Shown here piece by piece: positions 44,858-53,334 of a DNA stretch of 64,000 nt. The translations under genes were made by a program, and so were the position numbers. The notes under the pieces were generated by a model. The model had not been told where the DNA came from. It made no database searches and saw nothing but the letters and a program-made list of their open reading frames with translations. Source of the DNA: an uncultured bacterium (GTDB lineage Bacteria > Babelota > Babeliae > Babelales > RVW-14); NCBI GenBank assembly GCA_903825355.1, contig CAIKAH010000001.1:2540-66539 (forward strand), written 5' to 3'. Every line of letters starts with the position of its first letter. Position 1 is the stretch's first letter.

Positions 44858-45385
44858 TTAGAATGGGAGATCGTCTTCAAATGGTTTTTGGTCTTTGAAT
44901 GCAATTTCACCAGTTGAGGTCCCCATTTCTTCATCTTTTTGAGCTGCTTTTTTAATGCGTGTTTTTGGAGCAACAGCTTCTTGTGATTGCATGCTAGCCA
45001 TAGGAGCTGCAGAAGAAGCTGCATCGTAATCATCAAGACCATCTTCTTGCTGATTAGAGCTTAAAAACGTAACACGGTCAGCAACAATCGAGTGCTTGCT
45101 ACGTTTTGAACCATCAGCCTCCTGCCAGCTATCTAGCTTTAAACGTCCTTCAACTAAGACCGGACGACCTTTTGCAAGAAATTGACGGCATGATTCAGCC
45201 TGCGGACCCCATACATCAACATCTACAAAACAAACCTCTTGTACCATAGTACCGGTTTGCTTATTTTTAAATTGTCGGTTTGACGCGAGACCAAGACGAC
45301 ATACAGCCTGCCCTGAAGCTAACTGTTTATGTTCAGGATCACGAGTCAAGTTACCAATCATAATTACGCGATTAAAACTTGCCAT
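44858..45385 (-). CDS. ssb: Single-stranded DNA-binding protein
   Basis: OB-fold N-terminus (MASFNRVIMIGNLTRDPE...), a Gly/Gln/Ala-rich linker, and an acidic tip ending DDLPF. Confidence 0.95.
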   Translation of the reverse strand: MASFNRVIMIGNLTRDPEHKQLASGQAVCRLGLASNRQFKNKQTGTMVQEVCFVDVDVWGPQAESCRQFLAKGRPVLVEGRLKLDSWQEADGSKRSKHSIVADRVTFLSSNQQEDGLDDYDAASSAAPMASMQSQEAVAPKTRIKKAAQKDEEMGTSTGEIAFKDQKPFEDDLPF

Positions 45386-45438
45386 TAACGTGCTACCTCA
45401 CCTAAAATTAATAAACGATTTAAAACGGTGAGGCTAGA

Positions 45439-46548
45439 TTACCACAAACTTGAACGATGGCAAAGCACGTCCTCAAGATCATCAAAACTACGTAAAATTG
45501 ATGCGTATTCTTCAGGTTGATGTATATATTTTCGCAAAAGTGAATCCGTAGTTTTAACAATCTTATCAATGGTACATGCCTGCTGGATAAGTTCAGGAAA
45601 AAGCTGCTTTCCTGTCAGCAGATTTGGCAAACTCATAGAAGTTACTTGTACTACTAAACGTGCAATTGCATATGAAAGCCATGACGTTTTATATGCTACT
45701 ACTGTTGGTACACGTAACAATCCAAGCTCTAAAGTTACCGTACCCGGCTTTGCAATAGCCACGCACGCAGACTGCAATATATGGTATTTTTCACATTCTT
45801 TGGAAATAAAACGAATATTGCGGCATACTTTCTCAAGACCATATTTAGCAGCTATCTGCTCGTAATCATCAATTGCAAGCGATTGCGGAACTGGAATAAC
45901 AAATGAAAGCATTGGATGCATACGCTGCAACTTACTCATTACTGTCAAAAAAACAGGTAACATCACTACCAATTCACTTTTCCGTGATGCCGGCAAGAGT
46001 GCTATTACAGCTTGCTTAGGAGCAACTGTGGCACGCCTAGCAAGTATTTCTTCTGCCACTGGATTGCCTAGCCAACTTACCGATAACCCACGCTCACGAT
46101 ACCATGAAACTTCAAATGGATACATAACCACTACTTGATCAGCAAACTGCTTAAGTGCTTTGATACGCCATGCTCCCCATGCCCATAATTGAGGCGGAGA
46201 AACATAGGTAATTTTTAATGTTGGCTTTTCTTTCTTTAGTAATCTAGCCAAACGCAAATTAAAACCTGGAAAGTCTACTAATACCACTTCTTCAATATTG
46301 CTTGTTAGAATATGATGCGCCAGAGCTCTAATTTTTTTCAATAACCGGGGCAGGTGTTTTATTATTTCTACAATCCCAACAACATTCAAGACTTCAAAGC
46401 GTTCATAAAGCTCCATTCCTGCAGCAACTGCAGCATCCCCACCGATACCCTGAATACTGCAAGCAGCTAGTGCTTTTCGTTTTTGTATATACCACGCAGC
46501 AATACGATCCCCAGAAACCTCGCCAGCAACCATAAATATTTTTTTCAT
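45439..46548 (-). CDS. lpxB: Lipid-A-disaccharide synthase
   Basis: 369 aa with the N-terminal MKKIFMVAGEVSGDRIAAWY (GExSGD motif), colinear with the GT19 LpxB family. Confidence 0.9.
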   Translation of the reverse strand: MKKIFMVAGEVSGDRIAAWYIQKRKALAACSIQGIGGDAAVAAGMELYERFEVLNVVGIVEIIKHLPRLLKKIRALAHHILTSNIEEVVLVDFPGFNLRLARLLKKEKPTLKITYVSPPQLWAWGAWRIKALKQFADQVVVMYPFEVSWYRERGLSVSWLGNPVAEEILARRATVAPKQAVIALLPASRKSELVVMLPVFLTVMSKLQRMHPMLSFVIPVPQSLAIDDYEQIAAKYGLEKVCRNIRFISKECEKYHILQSACVAIAKPGTVTLELGLLRVPTVVAYKTSWLSYAIARLVVQVTSMSLPNLLTGKQLFPELIQQACTIDKIVKTTDSLLRKYIHQPEEYASILRSFDDLEDVLCHRSSLW

Positions 46549-47084
46549 GAGTGCCTCAAGCAGCCATCATTTTTTATGCGATGAATAATCTCTCGCAATC
46601 CTTTCTCGTCCTGTTCACCAGTACTACTTCCTAATTCGCATTTTTTTACAGCAGCAAGTGCATCTTGCATAATGTGCAAAGCTGTATTCAGTGCTACCTT
46701 GGTTGCTTTAGTCACTCGCGGTTCATCATCTAGCAAACCTTCGGCCAAGCGAGCACAAGTTGTTTGCAGATATGCAACATCTTCATGCATTTTAGCCATT
46801 CTTTGTAAAGTCCCCCGAGGCACGGCAACGGTAATCGCTTGCTGCTGTTTCTGCTCTTCCACTGATTGTTGCGTTTCAGCTAATCCCTGAATTGAAGCAC
46901 CTATCCGCTTCACTAATCCAGTTGTTTCACTGAAAAGCTCTTTCGCCACACTACCAAGGTTTTCTTTTAACGCACTACGTGAAAGTTTTTGTTTTGATAC
47001 ATGAGGGGCTTTAGGCTGCACAATAAATTCTTCAGCACGCAATCCTATGCAGGCTAGCGAGCAACATATCAAAAAAATATTCAT
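46545..47084 (-). CDS. Secreted helical protein, unknown function (translationally coupled to lpxB)
   Basis: 179-aa ORF with a signal-like N-terminus (MNIFLICCSLACIGLRA). Its stop overlaps the lpxB start (ATGA). Confidence 0.65.
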   Translation of the reverse strand: MNIFLICCSLACIGLRAEEFIVQPKAPHVSKQKLSRSALKENLGSVAKELFSETTGLVKRIGASIQGLAETQQSVEEQKQQQAITVAVPRGTLQRMAKMHEDVAYLQTTCARLAEGLLDDEPRVTKATKVALNTALHIMQDALAAVKKCELGSSTGEQDEKGLREIIHRIKNDGCLRHS

Positions 47085-47096
47085 CCCAGATCTCTT

Positions 47097-47129
47097 TCAA
47101 AAAATAAAGGGACCCATTCCTGAGTCCCT
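47097..47129 (-). terminator. Rho-independent terminator after the 126-aa gene
   Basis: The minus strand reads AGGGAC-TCAGGAATGG-GTCCCT followed by TTATTTTTT. Confidence 0.6.
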
Positions 47130-47194
47130 CTAAGTTGGCTGATCGTTAGATCAATAATCTTATACTAAGTACCTAGTTATTATATAACCAGTTA

Positions 47195-47575
47195 CTACTG
47201 TCCGGCAGCAGCGTGACCAGCAGTCGCACCACAGCAAGTACCTGAAGCAGCAGGAGGTGTTCCCCCGTTATCATCAGGATTATCACCAGAAGGCTTCTTG
47301 AAGAAGAACAAGTCATACTTGTAATCAAGTGCTGCATAAACACCAGCAGCAGCTAATACACCAACAGCAATAATTGCATACATTTGTTTTTTTGAAGCTT
47401 CGCTTTTCATTGCAAGAGCAACAGCTGGGCTAATTTTGCTCAAACGAGCAATTTCTTCTTTTACTTGAGTATCAACTGCAGCGATGGTTTCAGCGTCAAC
47501 AACAGCGTTGTCAGCAGCTTGAACAGGAGCAGCCATCATAGCAGTTGCAAGAACAACAGCAAATAGAGTTTTCAT
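47195..47575 (-). CDS. Single-pass membrane protein, family member A (signal peptide, helix, AMKSEASKK motif, TM, short tail)
   Basis: MKTLFAVVLATAMMAAPVQA...VALAMKSEASKKQMYAIIAVGVLAAAGVYAAL... shares its architecture and the AM(K/Q)(S/T)EA(A/S)K(K/R) juxtamembrane motif with the two genes upstream. Confidence 0.7.
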   Translation of the reverse strand: MKTLFAVVLATAMMAAPVQAADNAVVDAETIAAVDTQVKEEIARLSKISPAVALAMKSEASKKQMYAIIAVGVLAAAGVYAALDYKYDLFFFKKPSGDNPDDNGGTPPAASGTCCGATAGHAAAGQ

Positions 47576-47786
47576 AATGATTTCCTCTTTGTTTTGTTAA
47601 ACTTAAAAAACGTCAGCCAACGCTTTTTGATGTCGCAAAATTCACTACACATACAATCACGCCATTTATAGGGGCGTTTTTTGCGTATTAATATAAGCAG
47701 ACTTATAATAAATGCAAGTTTTTTAAGCGCACAATTAGTCAAATTTTTTGTTGTTAATCTGGTACATAACAACAAAACAAAAACTA

Positions 47787-47850
47787 TTTGTACAGTCTAT
47801 TTGCCGGAGAAAATTTGCTTAAACTTTTTCGGGCAAATAGACTGTACAAA
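47787..47850 (-). terminator. Perfect 19-bp hairpin immediately downstream of the 241-aa gene
   Basis: TTTGTACAGTCTATTTGCC (47787-47805) pairs with GGCAAATAGACTGTACAAA (47832-47850) across a 26-nt loop. A T-rich tract follows on the minus strand. Confidence 0.6.
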
Positions 47851-47852
47851 TG

Positions 47853-48578
47853 TTAATTATCAGAATCTGAATCAAATACTGGATTAAAGAGTGGCTCAAC
47901 AACAATGCCATGTTGCCGTGCACGTGCACGTGTAGTGCGCCCTTGAAAAGGAGGCTGAGGCATCGGAGCAGGAGTAGGTGCAACTGACGTATCCACTGAA
48001 GAAACCGCAGCACTCGCAACGGGAGATAATACTATTGTTGTTTCTCCACGCAAGCGGCTGCCCTCATCTTCTGCTTGTTTGATTGTTTGAGCTTGTGCAT
48101 CATGAATAATATCCTGCAGAACATCTGCTGTAGGCATGTTCAAATCGGGTACCCCAACCACCGGAGCACGTCCTGGATCATTATGCCCCAGGTGATGCTG
48201 CTTGGCATGCCCCGTACCATGATAATGCCTAATACAAGAACAAGGAGGAACATCGCTATTTGTATTGTCATTTGGATTTTCAGGATGATCATCTTGTCTA
48301 GGCCACAACCAGCAGATTAGTGCTGCTATTCCGCTAACAGTAATCACTCCCGTAATAATACGAGCAGCTAATTTTCTTTTCGCAGCTTCCGTTTTCATAG
48401 CTTGATTAAGCTTTGATTGAGGTGATTGCTTATGCGCTTCTTCTTCTAGCCGTGCCATTACTGCTTGCTCTATTACATGCATTTCATCTTCATGTAAAGC
48501 CCTTACTGGCTGATCGCTTGCAACAAGAAGAGAGCTACAGATACTTAATAGCAACAGAATTGTCATAAATTTATTCAT
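47853..48578 (-). CDS. Single-pass membrane protein, family member B
   Basis: Signal-like N-terminus, LNQAMKTEAAKRKLAARIITGVITVSGIAALICWLWP, then a His/Pro/Asn-rich variable tail that contains MPTADVLQ. Confidence 0.75.
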   Translation of the reverse strand: MNKFMTILLLLSICSSLLVASDQPVRALHEDEMHVIEQAVMARLEEEAHKQSPQSKLNQAMKTEAAKRKLAARIITGVITVSGIAALICWLWPRQDDHPENPNDNTNSDVPPCSCIRHYHGTGHAKQHHLGHNDPGRAPVVGVPDLNMPTADVLQDIIHDAQAQTIKQAEDEGSRLRGETTIVLSPVASAAVSSVDTSVAPTPAPMPQPPFQGRTTRARARQHGIVVEPLFNPVFDSDSDN

Positions 48579-48612
48579 TGTTGTTTCCTCTTAGAAGTTT
48601 ATCGCTAGAACT

Positions 48613-49386
48613 TTATTTTGCAGCTCCATCACCTTCAGCCGCAGCAGAAGTTCCGTCGACAATAAACGCCTGGACTACTGGTACTGCACCAGCCACAGGA
48701 ACGTTAGCCGCCACGGGAGAGGCTTGAGTAGAAGGGTCTTGAGACTTAGGCTTTAATTCATATAATTTTAAAAGATCATTAACTATAGTTTTTTGAAGAT
48801 CTTTTTTTATTGTTTCAATATCTGCTGCATCTAAACAAATAGTATTACCAGCTTTTTTTGCACAATAATCCGCATTTTGACGATATAAGGTAGCCATATT
48901 GCTAAACATCTCTGTGCGCATAGCTTGTAGCATTTCTACCGTTGGCATATGTTTATCTGCAACAACCGCAGCAGGATTTGTTACTTTTTCTGCTGTTGTA
49001 TTAGCTGGAACTCCAGAAGCTGCTGCACCTGTTGCTAATTTAGGATCTGTCTGCGCAGATTTAGCTTCTCTAGAACTAGTCTCATCTGATTGAACTGCTT
49101 TTTTAGGCCAAAAATACCAGCAAGCCATAGCTAGCCCCCCTGCTACAAGAACTCCAGTAATAAAATAAGCAAGCAACTGTCGCTTAGCCGCTTCCGTTTG
49201 CATAGCTAGCGCCACTTTTTTATTAGTCTGTGCTTCTTGCTCTAACCGGATTGTTACTTCCTGCTTAATTACCTGTAACGTTTCTTCATCCAGCATTACA
49301 GGGATACTAGAGTTCGTTGCTGTATTAGCACAGGCAGCACTCCCCAAAGAAGCAACCAACACAAATGCTATTAAATGTTTAATCAT
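48613..49386 (-). CDS. Single-pass membrane protein, family member C
   Basis: Signal-like N-terminus, VALAMQTEAAKRQLLAYFITGVLVAGGLAMACWYFWP, then a variable tail that contains MPTVEMLQ. Confidence 0.75.
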   Translation of the reverse strand: MIKHLIAFVLVASLGSAACANTATNSSIPVMLDEETLQVIKQEVTIRLEQEAQTNKKVALAMQTEAAKRQLLAYFITGVLVAGGLAMACWYFWPKKAVQSDETSSREAKSAQTDPKLATGAAASGVPANTTAEKVTNPAAVVADKHMPTVEMLQAMRTEMFSNMATLYRQNADYCAKKAGNTICLDAADIETIKKDLQKTIVNDLLKLYELKPKSQDPSTQASPVAANVPVAGAVPVVQAFIVDGTSAAAEGDGAAK

Positions 49387-49420
49387 TAAAATCCTCTAAG
49401 GTGTAAATATCTTTCTATTT

Positions 49421-50035
49421 TTATGAATATAAACGTATTACTTTAAGCGCATATTGTCCTAGCGACATCACTGCACATGCAGCAACAAGCATCAATCCTA
49501 CTTGGTGCAATACATACGGATGCCAGCCGGCAAAATAACAAATAAAAAGCCAACTGATAAATATAATTTGCACACAAGTCGAAATTTTTCCCCATAATAA
49601 TGGTTTAACCATTGCTACTTGATCCTGCCGAATTAAAAATAGCGAACCACATAACATGGCAATTTCACGACCAATTAAAATAGCAAGTAACCAGCCTGGA
49701 ATATGAAAAAAGGGGACATGAAAAAAACTAAGCGCCAAAAATGATGACAATAAGAAAATTTTATCTGCTAGTGGATCTAATAAAGTTCCCAAGTGAGTTT
49801 GCTCATTGAAATAACGAGCCAATTGACCATCTAACATATCAGTAAGAGCCGCCACTATAAATACTACAAACGCACTCTGCCAATGGGCATAGTATAACAG
49901 CCAGACAATAACCGGTGCTAATGCAACTCGCAGCAGCGTAAGCATATTAGAGGGGGTAAGCCAGGTCTTATCGGTAAAAATGTGTCTCAGGGAGGAATGT
50001 TTTGATTTCATGTCTGCCGTTCTGATAAATACCAT
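49421..50035 (-). CDS. pgsA: CDP-alcohol phosphatidyltransferase (PgsA-like)
   Basis: Motif DMLDGQLARYFNEQTHLGTLLDPLADK, which fits D-x2-DG-x2-AR-x8-G-x3-D-x3-D, in a polytopic protein. The start could instead be the ATG at 50011. Confidence 0.85.
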   Translation of the reverse strand: MVFIRTADMKSKHSSLRHIFTDKTWLTPSNMLTLLRVALAPVIVWLLYYAHWQSAFVVFIVAALTDMLDGQLARYFNEQTHLGTLLDPLADKIFLLSSFLALSFFHVPFFHIPGWLLAILIGREIAMLCGSLFLIRQDQVAMVKPLLWGKISTCVQIIFISWLFICYFAGWHPYVLHQVGLMLVAACAVMSLGQYALKVIRLYS

Positions 50036-50122
50036 AAATCGCTAAAAGGATACCCTAAGTTGCGCTTTTTGAAAACACCAGTATCATAAAAGCCTTCTTT
50101 TACGACACAACTAAGGTTTTTT

Positions 50123-50800
50123 ATGTTAAACGAAGTCATTTTTTTGGTACATAGCGCATCCATAGCAACCGTTTCCTTAGGATTACTCTGGCTTGGCAAA
50201 GAAGGATTAACAGCAGGAGTATGCCTCTTTTCAATACTCTCAAACCTATTGGTAACGAAACAAATCAGTTTATTCGGTTTGGAAACCATAGCCACTGATG
50301 TTTTTACGATTGGGGCTGTCTTTTGCCTCAATCTTCTTCAAGAATATTTTGGTAAAGGAGCAACCATACGGGCGATTATATGCAATTTTGCGCTTCTTAT
50401 TACATACCTGTTCATGTGTCAATTACATCTCGCCTATGAACCAAGCAGGTTTGATTTTATGCAGCATCATTTTGAAACAATGCTAAGCCCTATGTTACGC
50501 ATAACACTTGCTTCGATTGGCTCCTATTTTCTATCACAACTTTTTGATTCCTATCTGTATAGTAAACTTAAAGCGTCTCTACACGGCAAACACATACTTT
50601 TACGCAATACAATTACCATTGCTACGTCCCAACTATTCGACACTATACTTTTTACATTTACTGCTCTTTACGGCACAATCCACAATGTGTGGCATATTAT
50701 TGTTATAAGTTATACTATTAAAATAATTGTTATTATCTGTAGCTCTCCATTCATCGCCTTATCAACATTTTTAATACGCAAAACCCAGTCTCATGAATAA
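50123..50800 (+). CDS. yhhQ: Queuosine-precursor transporter (YhhQ/VUT family)
   Basis: Polytopic 225-aa protein with family-like RITLASIGSYFLSQLFDSYLYSKLK and IATSQLFDTILFTF. It overlaps the tgt start by 8 nt. Confidence 0.75.
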   Translation: MLNEVIFLVHSASIATVSLGLLWLGKEGLTAGVCLFSILSNLLVTKQISLFGLETIATDVFTIGAVFCLNLLQEYFGKGATIRAIICNFALLITYLFMCQLHLAYEPSRFDFMQHHFETMLSPMLRITLASIGSYFLSQLFDSYLYSKLKASLHGKHILLRNTITIATSQLFDTILFTFTALYGTIHNVWHIIVISYTIKIIVIICSSPFIALSTFLIRKTQSHE

Positions 50801-51938
50801 CCAATCTTCTCCTCAGTTTCGATTTGAGCTGTTACACACCTCCACTAAATCTCGTGCGCGCGTAGGCAAAATTCACACGCCCCACGGCGTAATAGATACC
50901 CCTGGTTTTGTTGCTGTTGGCACTAATGGCAGTATTAAAGCACTCGATAACCCTACAGTAGAAGAACTTGGTGTTCAGCTTATGTTTTGCAATACCTATC
51001 ACCTGATGCTGCAGCCTGGAAGCAAGATTATCAAAGAAGCTGGAGGAATCCATCGGTTTATAAACCGGAACCAGCCTATTATTACTGACTCAGGGGGCTT
51101 TCAAGTTTTTAGTTTAATGTACGGAGGGGTACATCAAGAGCTTAAAAGCCAAGGGCTTAAAAAAATTGAAAATAGTGTTTTAAAAATTAACGAAGAAGGC
51201 GTATTATTTCGCTCTTACCGTGATGGCTCGCCCATATTACTTACCGCAGAAACATCAATTCAAGCGCAAAAAGATATTGGTGCAGATATTATTGTCAGCT
51301 TTGATGAATTACCACCCTGCCACATGGACCCACAAAAATTACGTCATAGTCTTGACCGTACTCACCGGTGGGAAAAACGATCATTAGATGCTCATCTCGC
51401 CAATCCAAATAACCAGGCATTATATGCAGTAGTACATGGAGGAATAGATCGTACGCTACGAAAAAAAAGCTGCGAATATTTATCAGCCTTACCATTTGAT
51501 GGATTTGCAGTTGGTGGAAGCTTAGGCAAAACACGCGAAGAGATGATTGAAGTAGTTAAATTTGTTTTCCCACACCTCCCCGCCGATAAACCTAACCATT
51601 TGCTTGGTATTGCCGATTTACCATCAATAGAAGCCTGTATTCCTCATGGGGTTGATACCTTTGATAGTGCTTACCCAACTAAAGCAGCACGGCACGGATT
51701 ATTGCTTACCAAACGAGGACGCGTACGCATAATGGCTGGCGGAAATGCTTCATATCACAGACCTATTGAAGACGATTGCACCTGCAGCACCTGCCAGCGG
51801 TTTACGCTTTCTTATTTGTGCCATTTATTCAAAGCACATGAGCTTACTGTTTATAGCTTGGCAACCATACATAATATCCATTTCATGGTACAGCTCATGG
51901 CAAAGTACCGCAATAATATTTTGCAGAATAACATTTAA
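50793..51938 (+). CDS. tgt: Queuine tRNA-ribosyltransferase
   Basis: TPGFVAVGTNGSIKAL, TDSGGFQVFSL, and the zinc site CTCSTC...H. Confidence 0.95.
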   Translation: MNNQSSPQFRFELLHTSTKSRARVGKIHTPHGVIDTPGFVAVGTNGSIKALDNPTVEELGVQLMFCNTYHLMLQPGSKIIKEAGGIHRFINRNQPIITDSGGFQVFSLMYGGVHQELKSQGLKKIENSVLKINEEGVLFRSYRDGSPILLTAETSIQAQKDIGADIIVSFDELPPCHMDPQKLRHSLDRTHRWEKRSLDAHLANPNNQALYAVVHGGIDRTLRKKSCEYLSALPFDGFAVGGSLGKTREEMIEVVKFVFPHLPADKPNHLLGIADLPSIEACIPHGVDTFDSAYPTKAARHGLLLTKRGRVRIMAGGNASYHRPIEDDCTCSTCQRFTLSYLCHLFKAHELTVYSLATIHNIHFMVQLMAKYRNNILQNNI

Positions 51939-52456
51939 CACCACGGAGAGCAGTAACAACAGCTTTTTTTGGACCTAGAAGACGATAGCAACTGAATTAA
52001 TAGGTCATGATAGAGGCCAAGCTGTCGATTCCCTGTTTCCATGTATCTTTTTAACTGCTCACATTCTATCTGCAGCAAACTTAGGGCTAGAGGAGTGTTT
52101 GCTATACTCTCTACCTCCACCGGAAGCCAAAACCTTTCAGGAGATCTGCTAGATTCGCTACTACCTACCGCATCCATCTCTTCTCGCGTAGCAACAGCGA
52201 GGGCTCGCGCTATTAATTCATGGATTTCCCCACCAAGCATAATCTTCAAATCTGCTAATCGTTTACGAGTCTCCGCCAATTGATCTCGCGAAACATGTGA
52301 TTTAATAGTTGGATACTGCTCTATAAATTTTTGGTGCACCACCCCCTCACCAAGTGCTTTTATAGGGTCTTTCGTTGGTTTTACTACAACACTATCCATT
52401 GGCTTAATGGTTGGCACAACTACTCCGATTGCGCCAAAGATCATGATCCATCGCAT
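51935..52456 (-). CDS. Hypothetical protein with a hydrophobic N-terminus and a Cys-rich C-terminal tip
   Basis: 173-aa ORF with MRWIMIFGAIGVVVPTI at the N-terminus, ending ...SRSKKSCCYCSPWC. It is the last gene of the co-directional block that starts at 58678. Confidence 0.6.
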   Translation of the reverse strand: MRWIMIFGAIGVVVPTIKPMDSVVVKPTKDPIKALGEGVVHQKFIEQYPTIKSHVSRDQLAETRKRLADLKIMLGGEIHELIARALAVATREEMDAVGSSESSRSPERFWLPVEVESIANTPLALSLLQIECEQLKRYMETGNRQLGLYHDLLIQLLSSSRSKKSCCYCSPWC

Positions 52457-52534
52457 GGCCGCGCCCCCCCCCGATTAAGTAATTTTCCTACCCCCACAAA
52501 CAAGCGCCTACAAGTGTTTATTTATTAATCTTTC

Positions 52535-53248
52535 TTAAAAAGACTTTCCGGTTGCGATAGCACCACGTAAGAATGCTGAAGGCGATTCATATGAACCATA
52601 TACCCCATTAAACGCACCTGTTGAGGCTTTAGCTGAAAATCCTACCGGGTGTCTATAACCAAAAGAATATGATGGGTGCCCATTCGAGGCAGGCGCTGAA
52701 GATTCCCAACACGGCTGATCAGGAGGGTAGCAAGATGCATTCGAAGCATATACCGGAGGCGGACAATGTCTGTGTGGAAAAGGATCTGCTGCGCGTGCTG
52801 CTCTGGCAGTTGCAACTGATGGAGCGCTGCTCATCATACAATAAATTGCTACAGCTATTACGATTGCAGAGGCAATACCAACTCCTATTTTTATCCTTTG
52901 ATTAAAATCTTGCTCTGCTCGCAGCGTATCAGCATGTGCTTGCTGTATATCTAATTGCTTTGCTTGCTGCAACAATCGTTCTTGTTCTAACGCTTGTTCC
53001 GACAACATAGCTGCTTGTTGCTTTTCAAGAACAGCTAAAAAATCTTTGGTATATTTTATTTTTTCATCATGTGTCATAAATGAGGTTGCTTCGTGCCACA
53101 TTCCTACAACGTCAAGGGTATTTTTTCCAGCCAATACATCACTACAGAGTCTTTCTGTGAAAATTGTTGCTATTTCTTGAGGCGGGACCACTTCTCCCAT
53201 TAAATGAGACGCTAACAGCAAAATTCCTAATGAAATTTTTTTAATCAT
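52535..53248 (-). CDS. Single-pass membrane protein, second family member D
   Basis: Signal-like N-terminus, WHEATSFMTHDEKIKYTKDFLAVLEKQQ, a coiled segment, a TM (IGVGIASAIVIAVAIYCMM), and a P/S/Y/G-rich tail. It is paralogous to the next gene upstream. Confidence 0.75.
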   Translation of the reverse strand: MIKKISLGILLLASHLMGEVVPPQEIATIFTERLCSDVLAGKNTLDVVGMWHEATSFMTHDEKIKYTKDFLAVLEKQQAAMLSEQALEQERLLQQAKQLDIQQAHADTLRAEQDFNQRIKIGVGIASAIVIAVAIYCMMSSAPSVATARAARAADPFPHRHCPPPVYASNASCYPPDQPCWESSAPASNGHPSYSFGYRHPVGFSAKASTGAFNGVYGSYESPSAFLRGAIATGKSF

Positions 53249-53301
53249 AAAAATACCTTATTTATATAATATTGCTTTTTTAATTACACGCTGAATGGCA
53301 T

Positions 53302-53334
53302 ATGAAACCTTTTTTATGTTAAAAAAGGTTTCAT
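53302..53334. terminator. Perfect 14-bp hairpin overlapping the stop codon of the 263-aa gene
   Basis: ATGAAACCTTTTTT (53302-53315) pairs with AAAAAAGGTTTCAT (53321-53334) across a 5-nt loop. Confidence 0.45.

Noticed and set aside
47572-48019. ORFs 47572..47775 (minus), 47681..47887 (plus) and 47819..48019 (minus) around the 47.6-47.85 kb spacer; also a small plus-strand hairpin ACGCC-ATTTATAG-GGCGT-TTTTT near 47660-47685 that could end an sRNA
   Set aside because: The ORFs are short, overlap each other or the 241-aa gene, and cross the 19-bp terminator hairpin. The possible sRNA has no identifiable promoter or conservation evidence, so it is not reported as a feature.
50008-50331. 107-aa minus-strand ORF between the pgsA-like gene and yhhQ
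   Set aside because: It overlaps the 5' ends of both well-supported flanking genes and has no distinctive features. It is most likely a chance ORF in the divergent promoter region.
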